NCBI GenBank assembly: GCA_947036575.1
Contig: CAMQSH010000001.1
Coordinates: 1-60,472 of the forward strand
Source: an uncultured Brevinema sp.
GTDB taxonomy: Bacteria > Spirochaetota > Brevinematia > Brevinematales > Brevinemataceae
Reading direction: 5' to 3'
DNA length: 60,472 bases
Position 1 is the first letter of the stretch; every line of letters starts with the position of its first letter. The notes beneath the pieces are model-generated. The model worked only from the letters and a program-made list of their open reading frames with translations. It was not told the DNA's origin and searched no databases. This document shows, in pieces, positions 37,644 through 46,174 of this stretch. The position numbers and the translations under genes are program-made.

Positions 37644-37672
37644 ATTATAGTTGATAAAAACATATATATCAA
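37644..37672 (-). promoter_or_regulatory. sigma70-type promoter TTGATA-17-TATAAT
   Basis: Minus strand -35 at 37667-37672 and -10 at 37644-37649, upstream of the cyclase-like gene. Confidence 0.65.
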
Positions 37673-37691
37673 GTGTTTTTTATAGTATATA

Positions 37692-37734
37692 CAACTACTT
37701 AATTATTTATCAAAAAAACTCAACACAGTCTCAA
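37692..37734. repeat. dispersed motif CAAC(T/C)ACTTA..TCAAAAAAACTCAACACA(G/A)TCTCAA, copy 1
   Basis: The second copy is at 59951-59986. Confidence 0.6.
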
Positions 37735-38008
37735 ATAGAAGTTTAATTTCAACTTATCTTATATATGTTTTTATATATTATAGATATTTTGTTTAAAATT
37801 AAAAAAGGATAAACCTTTATATTACAAATTTTTGCCCAAATATTTAGACCTTAAGGTTATTACTTTGATACAGATTTAATATCTATAGAAATTACTTCTA
37901 TTATACCCCTAGAAAATAATACTTAACAAAGAATATAATAGAGGAGAAATAAAATCTTCATTTATTAAAAAATAAATATCTCAAGGCATGATAAGGAAGA
38001 TATATAAC

Positions 38009-38050
38009 AAAAAAAGCTCTCATGTTCCAAATAAGAAACACGAGAGCTTT
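38009..38050 (-). terminator. rho-independent terminator of the mng operon
   Basis: Minus strand AGCTCTCGTG...CATGAGAGCT followed by a T-run. Confidence 0.7.
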
Positions 38051-38142
38051 ACTCTCAATTTTACAGCAGTCTACTCAAAAATATCTGAAATTGTTCTTTA
38101 AAATAGCAAACCAATCTATATTCTATGACATGTTGGTATAAT

Positions 38143-40758
38143 TTACTTAACTAAAATAGTAATAATTTTATTTGGAGCAATATTCGTTAAAAAGATAACA
38201 CCATTATTCTGTTGAATTTCTTCTTTGATCTCTTCTTTAAGATTTACTATAAAGGCTTTTGTAATATTTGTATGACAGATAATTTTACCAGAAATATGTT
38301 GATCTCTATAGGGATTAAATATACGAATAATAATACCTTGATTGTTTTCAGATACTTTTAATACACTTAACTGTATATCTCCTTTTAGTGTTAAAAATTG
38401 GTAAGAAGATGGCGTTGTTTTATCTTCTAAATTAAGTTTCATAGCATTATAAGGAATCTTATTATAATTAATAACAGGTGTTGTAAATGCACGAGCTTTA
38501 TCAAATGATGTCACTTCATTTCCTTTATACCAATATAAACCAAAGTTATAGGATTGTACCCCTTTCATTTGAGAATCGGGTGTAGGTAAGGAAATACCTG
38601 AAGGTCGACCAGGTCTATTTAATAATTCTGATTTACCAAGGAATCCTACACTTCTCATTAACGTTAAAGCAATAGTGCTATTGTTAAGAATTTCATATTC
38701 ACGAATTCCATCAGTTAAACAGCTAAAGCCTTCGTTATTATTGTACAGTCCTATAAAAGACATCATAGAATATATATTTACAGGCTTTTCAGACCAATTT
38801 TCTTCTTCCCAAACATCTAATGTTGGATCATGGAGAGGTCTTGAAATCAATCCAAACTGTTGGTCCGCAATAGATTCAAAACATATAAGATCTGTTGGTA
38901 TTAGTATACGTATACGATGATCTACTGCTTCGTTATCAAATACAACTTTAGTGTAGATTTTAGGATCATTGTCTTTAAGAGTTAACAAAATTGTTACAGG
39001 CATATTAATACTTGTTTTTTTCCTTGCTCTTTCACTAAGGTCTTTTGGTAATGATAATGTGTATTCAATTTCTGCTTTTTGAATACTAGCTTCCGTATAA
39101 ATTTTAGTAGTTGCCTCAGCTTTGTGAGAGGTGAAAATCCAATCTTGTTTTGGAGGGGAATAATCATATTCATCACCATCATCTCCACTATTTTCAAGCA
39201 ATAAAATATTTTCAAATTCTTTTTGAAGTTCTTTATTAAAAATATTTATTGTACCATTTTGGTTAAAAGAAATCCTAAAAAATTTGTTTTCTAAATGAGT
39301 TGCAGAAACTTTGGAAAGTAATTGAGTAGTACTTTCTGTAGCTTCTACATAAAAAATTCTATATCCCATACTTGGTAAATCAGCTTCAAATTGAATATGG
39401 TATTGAATAAAAGGATTATATTCACCATAATGAACAATTTGTCTATCAATTAAACCTGGATCGATTTCTTCTTTAGAAATAATTTCAAAATCAACAAAAT
39501 CACCTTGTTCGTCATGAATTTTAATATTGTTAGCTCTAATTCTCACAATAGATTCATGAATTTCTGTCTTAGCCTGAGGAAGTAAATTAAATAATACAAG
39601 TTTATCCTTACTTTCAAAATCTTTGTTATGATCTGCAATTTTACGTTTTATAAAATTGGTAAGTTTATCAATCTTATCTTCAGCTAAAAGAAAACGTTCT
39701 TTAATTTCTCTATGAACTTCGTCACTGCAACAACAACCTATACTATCATGAGCATGATTTTTCATAATAAGTTTCCAAATATGTTCTATAAGTCCATGAT
39801 GATATTCAAAGCCTAAAGAGTAGGCAATAGTCATTAATGGCTCTAAAATATTAGTGATTTTATTTTCAATTCTACTATTAAGAACTTTGATATCCATACG
39901 AGTTGATGAAATAGATCTATGAACACGCATGTATTTACCATCATTGAACTCTCCTTGAATAGTATCTAATTGAGGGTTCTCGGATAAAATTTCTTCATAA
40001 ACTTTATCATAAGAACTTAAGAAAAATTCACAATCAGGAAAAGCTTTATTTAATGTACCAATAACTTCGTGGATATCTTTTTGTAAAGGCATCTGATCAT
40101 GTCCGTTTGGAAGAATTAATACATTTGTTGTAGCTCCTTTTTCAAGGACTTGAAGATATATTGTTAATCGTTTTTGTAATGCTTCCATATCATTAGGCAA
40201 ATATTTTCCAATAGCATAACCGAGAGGTAGGATTTGAGCTAAAACCTGGCTACCATCATTGGATTTCCAATTAAATTCTGTTTTATCTGTTCCATGACGT
40301 TCTGAACAACCTCTCCAAAATATTGATTTATCAATATCAAAGCCTTTGAAAATTTGAGGTAATTGCTCACTTTGCCCAAAAGAATCAGGAAGATATCCTA
40401 TTTTCATGTGATCGCCAAATTCATTACAGTCTTTAATTCCATAAAGAAGATTTCTGATGATTGACTCACCATTAATAACAATAGTATCCGTTTGGGTATA
40501 CCAAGGTCCAATAATAAGTTTACCTGCTTCAACAAGCTTTTTGATTCTATTTTTATTTTCAGGTTTAATAGCAAAGTAGTCTTCTAAGATACAAGTTTGA
40601 CCATCAAGAACAAAATGAGGGTAATTAGGGTCGTTTTCTAAACGTTCAAGTATTTCTTCCATATTATTTATAAGTAGAATACGAGATTCTTCTGATGTAA
40701 AATACCATTCTCGATCCCAGTGAATATGTGGTATAATATGTACTCTTTTTTTTAACAC
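38143..40758 (-). CDS. mngB: GH38 alpha-mannosidase (mannosylglycerate hydrolase-like)
   Basis: N-terminal VHIIPHIHWDREWYF. 871 aa (E. coli MngB is about 877 aa). Follows the fructose-family PTS gene. Confidence 0.8.
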   Translation of the reverse strand: MLKKRVHIIPHIHWDREWYFTSEESRILLINNMEEILERLENDPNYPHFVLDGQTCILEDYFAIKPENKNRIKKLVEAGKLIIGPWYTQTDTIVINGESIIRNLLYGIKDCNEFGDHMKIGYLPDSFGQSEQLPQIFKGFDIDKSIFWRGCSERHGTDKTEFNWKSNDGSQVLAQILPLGYAIGKYLPNDMEALQKRLTIYLQVLEKGATTNVLILPNGHDQMPLQKDIHEVIGTLNKAFPDCEFFLSSYDKVYEEILSENPQLDTIQGEFNDGKYMRVHRSISSTRMDIKVLNSRIENKITNILEPLMTIAYSLGFEYHHGLIEHIWKLIMKNHAHDSIGCCCSDEVHREIKERFLLAEDKIDKLTNFIKRKIADHNKDFESKDKLVLFNLLPQAKTEIHESIVRIRANNIKIHDEQGDFVDFEIISKEEIDPGLIDRQIVHYGEYNPFIQYHIQFEADLPSMGYRIFYVEATESTTQLLSKVSATHLENKFFRISFNQNGTINIFNKELQKEFENILLLENSGDDGDEYDYSPPKQDWIFTSHKAEATTKIYTEASIQKAEIEYTLSLPKDLSERARKKTSINMPVTILLTLKDNDPKIYTKVVFDNEAVDHRIRILIPTDLICFESIADQQFGLISRPLHDPTLDVWEEENWSEKPVNIYSMMSFIGLYNNNEGFSCLTDGIREYEILNNSTIALTLMRSVGFLGKSELLNRPGRPSGISLPTPDSQMKGVQSYNFGLYWYKGNEVTSFDKARAFTTPVINYNKIPYNAMKLNLEDKTTPSSYQFLTLKGDIQLSVLKVSENNQGIIIRIFNPYRDQHISGKIICHTNITKAFIVNLKEEIKEEIQQNNGVIFLTNIAPNKIITILVK

Positions 40759-40773
40759 AATGTGCTCCTTTGA

Positions 40774-42657
40774 TTATTTTGTAGCTTTTTCTTTCCAAGA
40801 AACAAGAATAACTGTTGAAATTAATGCACCTAAAACTGCACTAAAAAACCAAATTGAAGAAGCTATAACAGTTTCTAAAAGAGTATTAGGTTCTAGTAAA
40901 AACAAAGAGAAAATACCAGCACCTGGAACTTGTAGACCAATTGCAAAGTATGCTACAATTGCACCTGTTACCATAGACCCAATGACAAAGGACGTAATAA
41001 CACGGATAGGATCCTCAAGCATAATAGGTATAGCACCTTCGGTAATACCAGCTAAACCAAGAATCCAAGTAGATTTTCCACTTTCAATTTCAAAATCTTT
41101 AAATAGTTGAGGTTTCCACATAGTTGCAAAAGTACTTGCAAATGCTGACACCATTTTTACAGAAGCAAATGTTGCATAAGGTACATAGTTACCGTTTGCT
41201 AATGCTCCTAAACAAAATGCATATGCAGCTTTATTTACAGGACCACCAAGATCAAAAGAAACAAATCCACCTATCATAGCCCCAAGTAAGATTGCATTTG
41301 ACCCAGAGAGATCATTTAACCAGTTTGTCAAGCCTGTATTAAGAGCTGAAACTGGAGGGCCAACAACAAATAACATAACAGTACCAACAGAAAATATTCC
41401 CAAAACAGGATAAAGCCAAAATGTTAAAAATCCATTGAGAGAATTACTGACACGGATTTTTTTGATTAAACGCATTATATATCCAGCAATAAATCCACCC
41501 AACATACCACCTAAAAATCCAGCCCCAACCATATTAGCAGCAACACCAGCTGCCATACCTGGAGCTAAGCCAGGCTTATCAGAGAGTGCAAACGAAATAT
41601 AGCCAGCTATCATAGGTACCATTAATTGTCCAAGAATATTGCCACCATATTTTCTATAAAGCCATAACCAAGATCCTTCTTGTCCATATAATTCCTGTAA
41701 ACCAAAGGCTTGAGCTATTAAAACAGCGATAGCAAGGGTCATGGATCCACCAACAATAACAGGTACAGCATAAGAAATTCCTGTCATAAGAGCTCTTTTC
41801 ACTTCGTCTTTTTTTGAAATCTCTCCGGTTTCATTTGGAACAAAGTCTTTACCTGTAGATTGCTGTGCTAAAGCTCTTTCAAGAAGTTGTTTTGGCCTTT
41901 TAATTGCTTCTGTGACTCCTACATTAATAATAGGAAGGTGAGAAAAACGTTCTTCATTTTTTATAGTAACTTCTGTTGCAAAAATTACAGATTTAGCGTT
42001 TTGGAGAGTGGAATTTGTTATTTCACTATCAATACCACCAGCACCTTGAGTTTCCACGAATAATGAGATCCCCATTTCTTGAGCAGCTTGTTTAAGCTTC
42101 TCAGCAGCCATATATGTATGAGCCATTCCAGAAGGACAAGCAGTAACTGCAAGGATAATATCATCTGTTGAAGAAATATTTTCTGGAGTATTTTCTTGTT
42201 TTGTGCTAGTAAATATATCTAAGAATTGCTTTGGTGATGAACTTTTTAGTAAGTTTTCAATCATGGAACTAGAACTTAACTTTGAACCTAATTCCTGTAA
42301 AATATCAATATGAACATCATTAGCATCTTTAGTTGCCACAATAGTAAAAATCAATTGAACTTTTTCAGAAGGATCTTCTTGTGCCCAATTAGAAATAGGT
42401 TTTTCTAATACTAAAACTACAAGAGTTGTTTCTTTCACTGCTTGTGATTTACAATGTGGAATTGCTAATAAATCTCCTAAAGCCGTAGGACCTTCAGATT
42501 CTCTTTTTTGAAGATCTCGAATATAATCTTCTTTTGATATAATAATATTTTTGTTAAATAAATGCTCTGCTAAAGTAGAAAAAATTTCTGTTTTAGATTT
42601 TGCAGAGGAATAGAGAATAATATTATCTTCCCTTAACATATTACTTACTAAATTCAT
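40774..42657 (-). CDS. mngA: PTS fructose-family EIIABC (2-O-alpha-mannosyl-D-glycerate-type)
   Basis: EIIA (AIPHCKS), EIIB (AVTACPSGMAHTYMAAEKL), then a polytopic EIIC. 627 aa. Confidence 0.75.
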   Translation of the reverse strand: MNLVSNMLREDNIILYSSAKSKTEIFSTLAEHLFNKNIIISKEDYIRDLQKRESEGPTALGDLLAIPHCKSQAVKETTLVVLVLEKPISNWAQEDPSEKVQLIFTIVATKDANDVHIDILQELGSKLSSSSMIENLLKSSSPKQFLDIFTSTKQENTPENISSTDDIILAVTACPSGMAHTYMAAEKLKQAAQEMGISLFVETQGAGGIDSEITNSTLQNAKSVIFATEVTIKNEERFSHLPIINVGVTEAIKRPKQLLERALAQQSTGKDFVPNETGEISKKDEVKRALMTGISYAVPVIVGGSMTLAIAVLIAQAFGLQELYGQEGSWLWLYRKYGGNILGQLMVPMIAGYISFALSDKPGLAPGMAAGVAANMVGAGFLGGMLGGFIAGYIMRLIKKIRVSNSLNGFLTFWLYPVLGIFSVGTVMLFVVGPPVSALNTGLTNWLNDLSGSNAILLGAMIGGFVSFDLGGPVNKAAYAFCLGALANGNYVPYATFASVKMVSAFASTFATMWKPQLFKDFEIESGKSTWILGLAGITEGAIPIMLEDPIRVITSFVIGSMVTGAIVAYFAIGLQVPGAGIFSLFLLEPNTLLETVIASSIWFFSAVLGALISTVILVSWKEKATK

Positions 42658-42667
42658 ATACTTCTCC

Positions 42668-42681
42668 TTAGTATATACTAA
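42668..42681. promoter_or_regulatory. 14-nt perfect palindrome TTAGTATATACTAA (HutC-type operator candidate)
   Basis: Abuts the mngA RBS. Shares the GTATATAC core with 42717-42728. Confidence 0.55.
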
Positions 42682-42716
42682 TAGATGTAAATACTAGTAT
42701 ATATTTATATCAACAC

Positions 42717-42728
42717 TGGTATATACCA
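42717..42728. promoter_or_regulatory. 12-nt perfect palindrome TGGTATATACCA (HutC-type operator candidate)
   Basis: Matches the GT-N-TA-N-AC architecture of GntR/HutC operators. Confidence 0.6.
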
Positions 42729-42802
42729 ATCGTTTGTTTATTATACAGTATGTTTTTATTTTTTACAAGTAGAAAAATCATTATATTAATAAAAAATATA
42801 AA

Positions 42803-43501
42803 TCATTTATTTTCAATGATTTGTATAAATTTACATTGCTGTTGATTATAGAATACAGTAATAAATTCGAACAACTCATTAGATGCTAAATATCTTGAAA
42901 AATCAATACAAAAAACTGCTGAATTATTAATATTTCCAAAGATAGTTGCAATTTCATCACAGGGGGTGATAACCTTAAATTCTTTTTTAAGCTTATTAAT
43001 ATTCAATCCACTTGTTTTGAAATACTCCGTGAGGGAGTTTTGTAAGATCTCAGGAGTAAGATTCAAAAATTTTGTAGGGATAACACCCTGTTCATAAGCA
43101 AATACATTATGTTGTTTATAACGAATACGAGAAAAATCATATACAGTATCTGTAGAATTTATATCAAACAATTGTTGATAATGAGAGGAGGCTGGAATAA
43201 TTTGGAATTTATTCACAACACTTTCTACGTCTTGTTGTTGTCGTTGAAAAGCAAGTGACTCCTCAAGGTGGACTTCGATTTTATCAATTTTATTTACTAC
43301 AAAAGAGCCCTGTCTAGAAATTTGATATAAAACATTTTCTGCAACAAGTTGTTCTATACTTTTTCTTGCTGTCATACGGCTAACTTTAAATATTTTTGAC
43401 AGTACAAGTTCTGAAGGAATACGTGAATCTCCTTTGAAAAATCCTACTGCTACTTGTTCTCTTAAATAATCTGCAATAATTTTATATTTTACTACTTGCA
43501 T
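42803..43501 (-). CDS. mngR: GntR/HutC-family regulator
   Basis: wHTH (IPSELVLSKIFKVSRMTARKSIEQL) plus a UTRA domain. Lies upstream of mngA-mngB. Confidence 0.7.
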   Translation of the reverse strand: MQVVKYKIIADYLREQVAVGFFKGDSRIPSELVLSKIFKVSRMTARKSIEQLVAENVLYQISRQGSFVVNKIDKIEVHLEESLAFQRQQQDVESVVNKFQIIPASSHYQQLFDINSTDTVYDFSRIRYKQHNVFAYEQGVIPTKFLNLTPEILQNSLTEYFKTSGLNINKLKKEFKVITPCDEIATIFGNINNSAVFCIDFSRYLASNELFEFITVFYNQQQCKFIQIIENK

Positions 43502-44228
43502 TATGAATCCTAGAATTTTTATCTTATTTTAGTATGTTTATTTATGAAAGTCAAGATAGACTAGTTCTATTTTATAATTATACCTATAATATTAGAACTT
43601 TTTTAAACTATTATGTAGATAATAATATTGTAATACCCAAGATAATACATTCATTAAAACAATGTTTACCAAGAAAATCAAGGATATTCAAGAATATCGC
43701 TTTCTTAATATTAGACAATTTAATTATGATTAGAAATTTATAGAGCAATTGAGTGTCAGGCTTAACAAAGTACTAAATAATATAATGATGAATTTTTAGA
43801 GAGATTCTGAGGAGGAAATACTCCTTAAATCAAAGTAAAAAAGAGTAGTTTTTAAAAGAAGCTATTTCTAACCATAATTTGAGAAATATTATATTTTAGG
43901 GCTAACCAAACTTTGATTGCGCTGAGTAAGAAAACAATATCGTTTCACTTCTTGTTTTCTAAAGAGTTTAAAATATCAAAAAAAGATGGTTTATTTTCAA
44001 AAATACTTGACAAATATATCCATATATATTATATAATATTTATATTAGTGAATGAATATACTCTTTTTTACAGGCATCCTTGCCCATAAAGTTAGGCATA
44101 CCCTTCTAGCATGGGGGTCTAAAACATCCTATTTCTAAAAGCACATGGTTATTCAAATAAAAACTTGAAAATTTCTTGACCAACAATCCAATAATATAGA
44201 AAATTATACTCACGCTAGGGTTCAAGCT

Positions 44229-44260
44229 AAGGACAAAGTATAATACTTTGTCCTTTTTTT
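44229..44260 (+). terminator. orphan rho-independent terminator
   Basis: GGACAAAGT (44231-39) / ACTTTGTCC (44245-53) plus T7. There is no credible + strand CDS upstream. Confidence 0.7.
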
Positions 44261-44472
44261 GTTTTAAATCTATAATAGATATTAACAAATCCCCAAAGAA
44301 TTACCTATAATAAAATTATAGAATGCATATAATCCCAAGTATAACACCCCTTTGGAGTTATAATTAGTGAATAAGGTAACATAATTAGAATACATACAAG
44401 GCTCGTAATAATCCACTCTATAAATAAAAAAATTATTTCTATTAGTAAAGCCCTTGATATTTTGGTAATATT

Positions 44473-44943
44473 TTACTTTAGAACAAAATCTTCATCAAAT
44501 AACGTAGAAAAATTAGGATTTATTAGCTCTTCGTCTGTTATTATCCCACCAGCTTGTTGGTATAAGGATAAAGCTGTGTTTAAATTAGTCATAATATACT
44601 CTGCATAATGCGCTGGCTTACCATCAAAGTGTTTTGAAAAAGAAACATCCAGGTTTGCTGCAGGATAGCTTTTTTTAGAGTATGTAGTATCTTTATAATA
44701 TATTATAGGATAATTTCTCAAAATATACGAACTGCCTGTCCAATCATAGGGTCGTTCATCGGAACTGTTAAATAAATATTCATGCCAAAAACCCCCATTA
44801 TCTTTTTCTATGTTTGCTGGCAATACAGCTGTTTTACCCTGCAAAGCATAAAATCGATAAATTTTCTCTGTTTGATACCAATTATGTTTGGAGAAAGCCA
44901 TGTAGTTAAACTGAGGTATAGTAGTTAGACATATACAACACAC
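44473..44943 (-). CDS. hypothetical protein, 5' end uncertain
   Basis: The open frame continues upstream through a signal-peptide-like KRFSIFVTIFVCC without an ATG. Only a GTG is available. Confidence 0.35.
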   Translation of the reverse strand: MCCICLTTIPQFNYMAFSKHNWYQTEKIYRFYALQGKTAVLPANIEKDNGGFWHEYLFNSSDERPYDWTGSSYILRNYPIIYYKDTTYSKKSYPAANLDVSFSKHFDGKPAHYAEYIMTNLNTALSLYQQAGGIITDEELINPNFSTLFDEDFVLK

Positions 44944-44989
44944 AAAAATAGTAACAAAAATACTAAATCGTTTTTCTGGTAAAATTGTA

Positions 44990-46174
44990 TTAATATAACC
45001 TATCCCCCATTAAAAGAATGGCTAAAAACATGAGGTTACATGTAGATCGCACATTACCATATAGTACCCAAAACAGACCACTACCATACATATTATTCCC
45101 TTGGGATATTAAAGAAAAATTGAAAACCAAGAGTACTACTATCACAGATACAAAAATCGTTATCATACGCCAAAAAAGCAATGAACCATTGTTTAAAACA
45201 ATATGTGTTTTTTGATTTTCTATAGATATTTTGGGTTTTGTAACTAAAAATATCAGCACTATGGAGACAATTAAAAAAATGAACCATACTGTTCAGACAT
45301 TATACAAGTAAAAAATAGATTTTATAAAGGAACTAATATATTCAGAAAGCTAACTAAGTAAAGTTTCAAAAGAGGCCCTGTCCGTGCTTTAGCAATATAT
45401 TATAGGTGGGGTGACATAAAAAATAAAACAATTCCTAATAGATAAAGAAATAAAGGAGCCCAAAATTGTTTAAACGCTTTTTGATAGATAGCAAGGATCG
45501 TTTTAAAATCCCATTTATATAACACTCCATTTATTAAAACACTAATAAATAAAATACTTAACAATATACCTATAGATATTAATATGAATAGAACTCACAA
45601 AAAAAGCTGTAATACATAATATCCATTTAGATATCTGTATTTTTTGTTGAATGTATACTTTTGAAAAGACAAGTAAAGCTAAAAGAAAAAGAATCAATCC
45701 AAAAATATATGTAAAATGCTGTATATAAAAAATTATTACTTGTTAAGCCGGAACCACTAATAACTGTACCATACCCCCTGAAAAAATAATCATTAGAGAA
45801 GACAATCGTTTGTCATATATATAGGCAGAAAAGGCAGAAATTACAAATATTATAGTAGCAAAGCTTAGACCAATAAAAATTTTAGGAATTATATTATCAT
45901 TTGGATGAATATTTTGTAATACAGATGTCCCGTGAGCAATAAAATTAAGCATCCAGCTTGGTAAATACTTGCCTTGATCTGTCGTTTTAATAAACTCTAT
46001 TATACTGTCAGTATATATAAAACTCCATGCAAACTCATCTTGTCTATAGGTATTATTTTGTAGGAAAATAGTAAATCCAACAACTATTCCTATAAAGATC
46101 AAGGTGTTCAAGATATTCCGAACAGTAGTGTTAGCGTAGGCACTATAAAATTTTTGTAACAACGCATTAACCAT
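44990..46174 (-). pseudogene. decayed polytopic membrane-protein gene(s)
   Basis: Hydrophobic reading frames (45743..46174, then YIQHFTYIFGLILFLLALLVF..., GILLSILFISVLING..., and 44990..45259) follow one another in different frames. Confidence 0.4.

Noticed and set aside
37740-38008. A possible minus-strand promoter (TTGTTA-18-TATAAT at 37924-37929 / 37900-37905) and an sRNA in the 500-bp gap upstream of the cyclase-like gene.
   Set aside because: Promoter-like hexamers arise readily by chance in ~75% AT DNA. Only a weak 4-5-bp terminator-like stem follows, and no convincing structure was found.
30408-38050. A mobile genetic element (prophage/ICE/IS) explaining the island.
   Set aside because: There is no integrase, transposase, tRNA attachment site or flanking direct repeat. 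Only local duplications and one dispersed 36-nt motif are present.
43534-43743. Small intergenic ORFs: 43534..43743, 44106..44288, 45018..45215, 45093..45287, 19485..19685, 29460..29684, 50276..50485.
   Set aside because: They have no RBS and AT-rich low-complexity translations. Several overlap the predicted terminator or pseudogene fragments.
44211-44230. A tRNA-like GGTTCAAGC T-loop resemblance.
   Set aside because: There is no complementary T-stem, acceptor stem or anticodon arm. No tRNA or rRNA gene could be folded anywhere in the window.
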